Assembly (NCBI GenBank): GCA_963721765.1
Contig: CAVRJP010000002.1
Location: forward strand, 112,474-176,473
Source: an uncultured Chloroflexia bacterium
GTDB lineage: Bacteria > Chloroflexota > Limnocylindria > Limnocylindrales > CSP1-4
Length of the DNA stretch: 64,000 bases
Direction: 5' to 3'
Shown piece by piece: positions 57,640 to 64,000 of the stretch. The first letter of the stretch is position 1; the number at the start of each line of letters is the position of its first letter. The notes beneath the pieces are model-generated. The model searched no databases. It saw only the letters and a list, made by a program, of their open reading frames with translations, and had not been told where the DNA came from. Both the position numbers and the translations under genes were made by a program.

Positions 57640-58500
57640 TTGTCCGCGAGCCCAGACGCCACGCTGCCGCCCCCGCCCAGCCGGCCGGTCCGCAAGGACG
57701 AGATCGAGCTGCATGATCGCGGCCTGTACATCGAGTCGTGGCTGCCCGAGCGCCGGTCGCGGCGGAAGCCGTTGCTCTTCGTCCACGGCGAGCTCGGCGG
57801 GTCCTGGGCGTGGGAGCGCTACCTCGGCTATTTCGCCGGCCGCGGGTGGGAGGGCCACGCGCTCAACCTGCGCAACCACCACTGGTCCCAGACCGCGGAC
57901 CCCGCGGAGCTGTCGTTCGAATCGTTCGTCGACGACGTCGGCGCGGCGATGGACCGGCTGGGCCCATCGGTCGTGGCGATCGGGCACGGGATGGGTGGCC
58001 TGCTCGTGCTCAAGGCGGCCGAGCGGCACCCGGCCGGCGGCCTCGTCCTGATCGCGTCGGAGCTGCCGGGCGACGTCCGCAACCCGACCGAGCCGCATCG
58101 CATCCGCGAGGTGCCGGAGCTGTTCGGGCCGTCGCTCCTCGGTTGGGCCACGCTGCCGGAGAAGCTCCAGCGCGACCATCGCGACCTGACCCTCGCCGAC
58201 GTGCTCCGGGTCCAGCACCTCATGGGCCAGAAGCCCCACGAATCCGGCCGAGCGCGACGGACGATGCTGCGCGGCGTGCGGGTCGACGCCTCGAAGCTCG
58301 AGGAGGTGCCTCGCCTCGTGATCGGCGGCGGCCTCGACCGCGTCATCTCGCTCGACGAGAGCGAGCGGCTGGCGAATTGGCTCGACGCCGAGTACGAGCC
58401 ATTCGGGGCGCATTCGCACTACGGCCTCATCCTGGGCGAGGACGGCTTCAGCCAGGTCGCGGACTCGATCCGGGGGTTCCTGGAGGCCCATCGACTCTGA
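57640..58500 (+). CDS. Alpha/beta-hydrolase fold protein with Gly in place of the nucleophile Ser
   Basis: LLFVHGELGGSWAW (oxyanion region). The nucleophile elbow reads IGHGMGG instead of GHSMGG (codon GGG at 57988-57990). Downstream Asp (GGGLDRV) and His (GAHSHYG) are present. Confidence 0.75.
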   Translation: MSASPDATLPPPPSRPVRKDEIELHDRGLYIESWLPERRSRRKPLLFVHGELGGSWAWERYLGYFAGRGWEGHALNLRNHHWSQTADPAELSFESFVDDVGAAMDRLGPSVVAIGHGMGGLLVLKAAERHPAGGLVLIASELPGDVRNPTEPHRIREVPELFGPSLLGWATLPEKLQRDHRDLTLADVLRVQHLMGQKPHESGRARRTMLRGVRVDASKLEEVPRLVIGGGLDRVISLDESERLANWLDAEYEPFGAHSHYGLILGEDGFSQVADSIRGFLEAHRL

Positions 58501-58580
58501 GTCCTCGGGCGCCGACGGCGGCCGTCGGCGCTGGGTTGGTAGAATGCCGGCCGACCCGGCGGAACTCGCCGGTCGTCCGT

Positions 58581-58657
58581 GCCGCATTCGTCTAGAGGCC
58601 CAGGACACCGCCCTCTCAAGGCGGAGATCATCGGTTCGAATCCGATATGCGGTACCA
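58581..58657 (+). tRNA. tRNA-Glu (anticodon CUC), CCA encoded
   Basis: Hand-folded cloverleaf. Acceptor GCCGCAT/ATGCGGT (G1:U72). D-arm GTCT..GGAC with the Glu-type loop AGAGGCCCA. Anticodon stem CCGCC/GGCGG with loop CTCTCAA. T-arm ATCGG TTCGAAT CCGAT. 3' end ACCA. Confidence 0.85.
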
Positions 58658-58745
58658 CCCAATCACCAGGCCGGCGGGCGCCGCCATTGATCACGTTTGT
58701 CGCCCACCGACGAGACCGGACACGAATGCCGAATGATGTTGTCGC

Positions 58746-59363
58746 ATGACTAGCGCACGATCGGTTTGGCCGGCCGGCACCGAGGTGGCCTATCGGGCAC
58801 GAGCAGGTCGGCCTGCCATCGTCGACGTCCCGGAGCTCTCCTACCTGATGATCGACGGCGAAGGTGATCCGGCTTCGGCGGCGGCGTATGTCGATGCGGT
58901 CGAGACGCTCTACGCGGTTGCATTCGCCGTGCGCTTCGACTTGAAGCGCCGCGCGGGTATCGATGCCAAGGTCATGCCGTTGGAAGGCATCTGGTGGTCG
59001 GATACGGCCGGCGACGTCTGGGCGTCGCGCGATGCGTGGCGCTGGACCATGCTGATCGCGGAGCCTGACGCGGTAACGGAACACGTGCTGGCTCGGGCGC
59101 TGTCCGTCGCGGCCCGCACGCGGCCACGCGCGCGCCTCCAGCGGCTGCGGCACGGCCGACTATCCGAGGGTCGCGTCGCGCAGGTGCTGCACATCGGTCC
59201 GTATGGCGAAGCAGAACGTCCGACGATCGAGCTCCTCCACGCGCATATTGCCGACCAGGGTCTCCGCGGGCGCGGCAAACACCACGAGATCTACCTGAAC
59301 GACGCGCGGCGGACTGATCCGTCACGCCTGCGAACGATCATCCGCCAGCCGGTCGCAGGCTAG
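58746..59363 (+). CDS. GyrI-like small-molecule-binding domain protein
   Basis: Pattern YLMIDGEGDP...MPLEGIWW...HIGPYGEAERPTIELLH...HHEIYLNDARRTDP is typical of GyrI-like/SOUL-type effector-binding domains. Confidence 0.7.
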   Translation: MTSARSVWPAGTEVAYRARAGRPAIVDVPELSYLMIDGEGDPASAAAYVDAVETLYAVAFAVRFDLKRRAGIDAKVMPLEGIWWSDTAGDVWASRDAWRWTMLIAEPDAVTEHVLARALSVAARTRPRARLQRLRHGRLSEGRVAQVLHIGPYGEAERPTIELLHAHIADQGLRGRGKHHEIYLNDARRTDPSRLRTIIRQPVAG

Positions 59364-59388
59364 CGCGGTCCCGCCACAGGATCCGGCC

Positions 59389-60937
59389 TCAGTAGATGCT
59401 GGGGAACCAGCGCCCGACGATGTTTCCGAGGTCCTTGCTGGTATGGGCATCGAGGGTTTCGAGCAGCGATCGCGTCGAGCCGATGCCGAAATCGATGGTC
59501 CGCCACGTAGTCACGGATGCCGTCCCAGAACGCGGCGGAGCCCATCGCTCGTCGGACGTCGCGGAGCGTGCGCGCGCCGTGGACGTAGATCTGGCCGAAG
59601 TAGCAGCTGCTGCTGTAGCGATAGATCGAGAGGTCCAGGCGCCGCTTCTTGCAACCGGTGCTCCGCCACGTGTCCGAGACGTGCTGGCCGAGGAACGTCG
59701 CAGCGGACTCGTCGGCGAATGGCTGCATGGCCCCGTCCGAGCCAACGATCCCATAGAACCACTGGTGCGCCGTCTCGTGGTAGACGTTCCAGCGCAGCTG
59801 GAACCCGGTCATCCCGGTCGGGATCCAGATCATGCCCGGACCTTCGAGCGCGTAGCCGCCCGCCGTCTGGGCGATCTTGAACGTGTCGTACGGGTAAGCG
59901 CCCGCGAGCGCGCTCATCTGCTTGAGCCCGTCCGCGGCCTGGTCGAGCACCTTCGCGGTGGGGAAGCTCGGTCGCACGTAGGCGAGCAGCCGCACGCCCC
60001 CGACCTGGCGCTCGCGGAGCGAGAAATGCGGGCTCGCGACGATCGTGAAGTCGCGGACGTTCTCGGCCTCGAACGTTTGCGTCAGCCCGTTCACCGCGGT
60101 GCGTCGACCGGGCGCGACGATCACGAGGCTGCGATCCGTCGTGATCCGGACCCGGATGAACGGGCTCAGGGCGCTGAAGAACGGGTCGCCGTGGTTCGGG
60201 CGGTCGAACGGCCTGTGCAGCCCGACCCAGGGGAGCAGGCGGTTGGCCTGGAGGATGCCGTCGGTGCGGGTGAACATCCAGCTCGAGCCGCCGAGGCTCG
60301 AACGGAAGGTGGCGCGGAACCGGACGCGGATGGTCGTGGACGCGCTTTCGGGCAGGACGCCGCCGAGGGGGACGACGATTGTCTGATCCTTGAGCTTCGC
60401 CGCGACGTCGCCGCCATCGACCTGCACGCGCAGGAGGCGGAGGTTGCCGAGCGGCCCGGCGATCGTGTTCAGCTCGACGCGATCGATCCCACCGCCGGAT
60501 TGGTTCTCGAGAGTCACCGTGGCATCGACCCGCACGCTCCGATCATTGAAGCCGAGGTCCAAGTCGACGTCGTAGGTCGCCTCGAGCCTGATGCTCGTGC
60601 GGTTGACGCTCCCGGGGACGATCGCTGACGGGCCCGACTGCGCGACCGCCGATGTTGGTTCCGGCTCGACGGCCGCCGTCGCAGCCAGCCCGACGGGCTG
60701 CGTGGCAGCCGGTTCCTTGCTGCCGATCGCCCCTGCGGCGGGATTGCCCTGGGCGGGATCGATGGCCGCCGGCGAGCGGCCAGGCACCATCGTGCTGATC
60801 GCCGAGGCGCCGCCGATGACCACGACGAGGAGCAGCGTGGTCAGGAGGATGGCCTGCCCGCGCCGGGCTCCTCCGCGAAGCGAACCCGAATCACGCAGGC
60901 TCCGATCGAGCTGCACGTGTCCATCTTGGACCCGCAT
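59389..60937 (-). pseudogene. M1-family zinc metallopeptidase, membrane-anchored, interrupted by a +1 frameshift near the 3' end
   Basis: ATG 60937. TM anchor (AILLTTLLLVVVIGGASAI). HETAH-x18-E zinc site in the frame of ORF 59360..61066 up to ..DYVADHRF. The C-terminus (GIGSTRSLLETLDAHTSKDLGNIVGRWFPSIY) is in the frame of ORF 59389..59754. The switch is at GAAATC 59488-59493. Span length is 3n+1. Confidence 0.8.
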
Positions 60938-61007
60938 GCCGAATCGGGCGAGCGAGACGATCGTTCCCGCCCTGCTGCAGTTTGGTTGCAGCCTGAGGGT
61001 CGATATA

Positions 61008-61055
61008 TGACAGGTTCTGTCACCTATGGCCCGTAGTCTATCGGCAAGCCGATAG
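61008..61055. promoter_or_regulatory. Two perfect palindromes in a divergent promoter region (candidate operators)
   Basis: TGACAGgttCTGTCA (61008-61022) and CTATCGGCaaGCCGATAG (61038-61055) lie between the M1 peptidase start (60937) and a small plus-strand ORF (61072). Confidence 0.4.
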
Positions 61056-61071
61056 CCGAGGTGCAAGAGCC

Positions 61072-61269
61072 ATGTTCTCGTACGAATTCGCCAGGTTGAT
61101 CGCAGACGAGCGGGAGCGCGAGGTCCAGGAGCTCATCAGGATCCAGCGCCTGCTGGACCTGCACGACATGTGGACCGAGCCGGCTTCCGCCGCGCCCGAC
61201 GAAGGCGAGCGCCGCTACGCGGAACCGTGGCGCGCGAGGGCCCCGCGAGCAAGCGCGACGACGCGCTGA
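61072..61269 (+). CDS. Small hypothetical protein (65 aa)
   Basis: The ATG is preceded by GAGGTG 9 nt upstream. The N-terminal 35 aa are helical and charged (MFSYEFARLIADEREREVQELIRIQRLLDL). The 3' third overlaps the convergent WYL regulator and looks non-coding, so the true end and the gene's reality are uncertain. Confidence 0.3.
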   Translation: MFSYEFARLIADEREREVQELIRIQRLLDLHDMWTEPASAAPDEGERRYAEPWRARAPRASATTR

Positions 61270-62183
61270 CGGACCTCCGGCGGGCTGATCACCTCGAGAT
61301 GCGACCCCATGCCCAGCAGGCGTGCGGGTGCGTCGCGCGGGTAGGTCATGCGGAGCCGTAGGCGCGTCCAGCCGTCGGGATCCGGATCGGAGAGGGGCTC
61401 GGCGCCCGCAACGGCGCTTTCGCCGACGTGGTCCGGCAGCTCGGCGAGATGGAGCGGGTCGACGCGGACGTCGACGGTGAGGCGCGGCACCTCGCGCTCA
61501 TAGGCGGCGCTCGACTCTGCCCAATACGACGGCAGGTCGAAGCTCGCCGGCCGCTCGAAGCGCTCCGTCGAGAGCGACGCCGCCTCGATCCGGGCGACGC
61601 GGTACGTTCGAATCTCGCCCTCGCGTCGCGCGACCAGGTACCACGTGCCGGCCTTCAGCACGAGGCCCAGCGGCTCGAGGACGCGCTCAACGACGAGATC
61701 CCCGCGGTCGTACTGCACCTGCGCGACGCGGCATTCCCAGACGGCCTCCGCGAGGGTTGCGAGATGGGGCACCGCCTCGTCCATCCGGAACCAGCCGGCG
61801 GCGTCGAGGTGGAATCGCTCGACGAGCCGCGAGGCCCGGGCGCGCAGCTCGGCCGGGAGCGCGGCAAGGACCTTGAGCCGCGCCGCCGTCATGACCGTCC
61901 CGAGCCCGAGCTCGGCCGCCGGCCCGGGGATGCCCGACAGGAAGATCGCCTCGGCCTCGTCGGCGGTCATGCCCGTCAGCCGCGTCCGATAGCCGTCGAC
62001 CAGCCGGACGCCGCCGTGCGGGCCCCGATCGGCGTAGATCGGGACGCCCGCCGCGGAGAGGGCGTCAATGTCGCGGAAGATGGTCCGCTCCGATACCTCC
62101 AGCTCGCGAGCCAGCTCGGCGGCGGTCATCAGGCCCCGGTTCTGGAGCAGGAGGATCAGGGTGACGAGCCGGGACGCACGCAT
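61215..62183 (-). CDS. YafY-family transcriptional regulator (HTH plus WYL plus WCX domains)
   Basis: N-terminal HTH (RLVTLILLLQNRGLMTAAELARELEVSERTIFRDIDAL) and a WYL block (GTWYLVARREGEIRTYRVARI). Confidence 0.85.
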   Translation of the reverse strand: MRASRLVTLILLLQNRGLMTAAELARELEVSERTIFRDIDALSAAGVPIYADRGPHGGVRLVDGYRTRLTGMTADEAEAIFLSGIPGPAAELGLGTVMTAARLKVLAALPAELRARASRLVERFHLDAAGWFRMDEAVPHLATLAEAVWECRVAQVQYDRGDLVVERVLEPLGLVLKAGTWYLVARREGEIRTYRVARIEAASLSTERFERPASFDLPSYWAESSAAYEREVPRLTVDVRVDPLHLAELPDHVGESAVAGAEPLSDPDPDGWTRLRLRMTYPRDAPARLLGMGSHLEVISPPEVRQRVVALARGALARHGSA

Positions 62184-62228
62184 CCAGTGGAGGATACGTC
62201 AATACCGGACAGCAGTTGTCAGGTATTC

Positions 62229-64000
62229 CTAGCCGTGCGCGAGGACGATCACCTTGTCGGCCGCGTCGAATGTCACCTGCGTGCTCTTGCGCGGGTTGAC
62301 ATGGACGCCGTACGCCTTCGTCGCGTCACCCGATTCCGAACGGATCCGGTAGCCCACCGCGACCTCGTCCAGCCGGCGCGCGGCCTCGACGAGCGTGGCC
62401 ACGCTCACGGGTCGCCCGACGGCAACGTAGTCGCTCGCCGGTCGCAGGTAAACCTCGGAGCCCTCGGCGTCGAACAGGTCGGAGAACACGGCGTTGAGCT
62501 GTTTGTTCTCGGCGACCTGGGTGATCAGGAGGCTGATGAGGCGATCCGACACGATGAAGTCGTCGGCGCGAGTCACCTCGGCCAGCGCCCGGTTGCGAAC
62601 ATCGGCCATCTCCGAGGTGATCGAGAATGGGTGGCCCACGATCGATGCGATGTCGCGCAGGTGGAGCAGCGTCACGAGCGTCCGCGCGTCGGCCCGCTGC
62701 GCGTCGTACCGGTCGATGGGGCTGACGACGAGGACGTGCTGGTAGCTCGCGACGTCGAGTGCGTCGAGCACCTCCCGGCTCGTCGAGGACTTCGGGACGA
62801 ACTGCAGGGTCTGGTTGGTGAGGCCGGCCCGCAGCGCATCGAGCGCGCCGGTTGCGACGGGATCGTCGGTCACGACCGTGATGCCGGAGCCCGGCGCGAC
62901 GTAGGCGTCGAGCTCGCGCGCGATCTGCAGCACCCGGTGGTTCCAGCCCAGGATCAGGGTCGTCTCGCGGGCGACCGGCGTGGGGACGCAGACGACGATG
63001 CCTTCCGGGTCGACGGTTGCCGGAGGATCGCTGATCCGGATGGCGTCGTCATCCGCGGCGATGAGGATCAGGCGATCGCCCGGTTCGATCACCGTGGCCG
63101 ACCCGGGATTGAGGTGCACGCCCCGGCTCTCGCTGGCGATGCCGATCAGGGTGGAATCCTCGAAAGCGAGCTGGGCGTCACCGAACGTCCGACCATCGAG
63201 GGCCGGCTGGTGGCTGAAGTAGATCTCGTCGCCATCGAAGTCCAGGAGCTCGCCGTACACGACCGACAGGCCCGCCTGTCGGGACGTCTGCGCGATGATC
63301 CGCGAGATCACGTCGCCGACGACGACGAGCTCCACCTCGTCCTTGCCGACCAGCTTCGTCGCCTCGAGGTTCCGAGGGTCGTGGATCTCCGCAACGACGT
63401 GGTACGGCTCGGGCCGGCGGTTCGGGTCGTTGGTGATCGCGAGGATCGTCTTGATGACCTCGATGTCCGGCTCCTCGACCTCGGGCGCGAGCACGATGAT
63501 CGAGCGGGAACGCTGGATGGCCGCGATGTCGATCTCGTCGAGGTCCACGGGGCTGCCAGATCGGCACACGATCTTGGTGCCCCGGGTGTCGCCGATCCTT
63601 GAGCGGATCTCGTCGTCCATCTGGATCTTGTCGCGGTCGGCGAGGACGACGACGTTGCCGCCACGCTGGCTGGCGTTGGCCCCGATCAGCTCCGACAGGA
63701 TCGTGAACACCTGCTGGTTCCAGCCGAGGATCACGGTGTGGCCGCTCTCGATCACCCGCGACCTGCCCTTGCGCAGCTCGGCGAGCCGGTCCTGGATGCC
63801 CGTGTTGATGATGCCGATCAGGGCACTGATCACGAAGATCCCGCCCAGGGTCACGGCGAGCATCGCCGCGAGGAACTCCGGCCTGCCGGCGTCGCCGCCC
63901 ATCGTCCCGGGGTCGAGCGTCCTGAGCAGGCCCATCCAGATCAGCTCGGGGAACGAGCGATTCTCGGGGCCGACGCCGGCCGCCGCCACCAACGTCGCGA
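62229..64000 (-). CDS. CASTOR/POLLUX-like ion channel with tandem RCK (TrkA-N-like) domains; 5' end outside the window
   Basis: The ORF is open to the window edge. It has a pore-proximal TM helix (LAAMLAVTLGGIFVISALIGIINTGI) followed by two HTVILGWN / TLILGWN Rossmann-like RCK modules. Confidence 0.75.
   Translation of the reverse strand, partial: ATLVAAAGVGPENRSFPELIWMGLLRTLDPGTMGGDAGRPEFLAAMLAVTLGGIFVISALIGIINTGIQDRLAELRKGRSRVIESGHTVILGWNQQVFTILSELIGANASQRGGNVVVLADRDKIQMDDEIRSRIGDTRGTKIVCRSGSPVDLDEIDIAAIQRSRSIIVLAPEVEEPDIEVIKTILAITNDPNRRPEPYHVVAEIHDPRNLEATKLVGKDEVELVVVGDVISRIIAQTSRQAGLSVVYGELLDFDGDEIYFSHQPALDGRTFGDAQLAFEDSTLIGIASESRGVHLNPGSATVIEPGDRLILIAADDDAIRISDPPATVDPEGIVVCVPTPVARETTLILGWNHRVLQIARELDAYVAPGSGITVVTDDPVATGALDALRAGLTNQTLQFVPKSSTSREVLDALDVASYQHVLVVSPIDRYDAQRADARTLVTLLHLRDIASIVGHPFSITSEMADVRNRALAEVTRADDFIVSDRLISLLITQVAENKQLNAVFSDLFDAEGSEVYLRPASDYVAVGRPVSVATLVEAARRLDEVAVGYRIRSESGDATKAYGVHVNPRKSTQVTFDAADKVIVLAHG

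Noticed and set aside
58500-59400. The tRNA-Glu as an integration site for a genomic island
   Set aside because: There is no integrase, no duplicated tRNA 3' end and no compositional change in the genes that follow (GyrI-like gene, M1 peptidase).

Overview
High-GC bacterial chromosomal window. My own counts of single 60-nt lines give about 75% G+C in typical genes. Gene content looks Actinomycetota- or Chloroflexota-like (F420-type LLM oxidoreductase, class F sortases, CxxC-x17-CxxC zinc-ribbon protein, many 1-4 nt start/stop overlaps), but I cannot assign a taxon from sequence alone. I support about 55 protein genes and one tRNA-Glu(CUC). I saw no rRNA, CRISPR array, transposase or integrase. 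Main blocks, left to right: (1) an EcfT-like gene, a HAD hydrolase, an aldehyde dehydrogenase, an LLM oxidoreductase and a MutY-like glycosylase; (2) a glycerol block (NnrE-like, small membrane protein, glpD, glpK); (3) a secreted metalloprotease with Ig-like repeats; (4) plsY plus a cystathionine-synthase-like gene; (5) a 1211-aa adenylate-cyclase/AAA/TPR protein; (6) a 2-oxoacid dehydrogenase plus lipoate cluster (E3, E1alpha, E1beta, E2, SDR, lipA), with about 2.6 kb of unrelated genes inserted between E1beta and E2; (7) an SOS-box-preceded radical SAM gene; (8) two paralogous lipoproteins and add; (9) a roughly 1.9-kb low-GC island with one orphan lipoprotein; (10) a regulator plus acyl-CoA dehydrogenase; (11) two tandem class F sortases; (12) acetoacetate-CoA ligase; (13) a nine-gene, tightly overlapping minus-strand operon joining an ABC transporter to MoxR, DUF58 and VWA (Bat-like) proteins, including a protein with a ~107-residue Gln-Gly repeat; (14) DUF1015, a hydrolase, the tRNA, a GyrI-like gene, an M1 peptidase, a WYL regulator and a CASTOR/POLLUX-like channel that runs off the window. 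The most consequential observation is that at least eight conserved genes are each interrupted by exactly one extra nucleotide (two in E2), always in the same direction. That points to a systematic insertion artefact or to unusual pseudogenisation. All family assignments come from motif recognition by eye; no database search was run.
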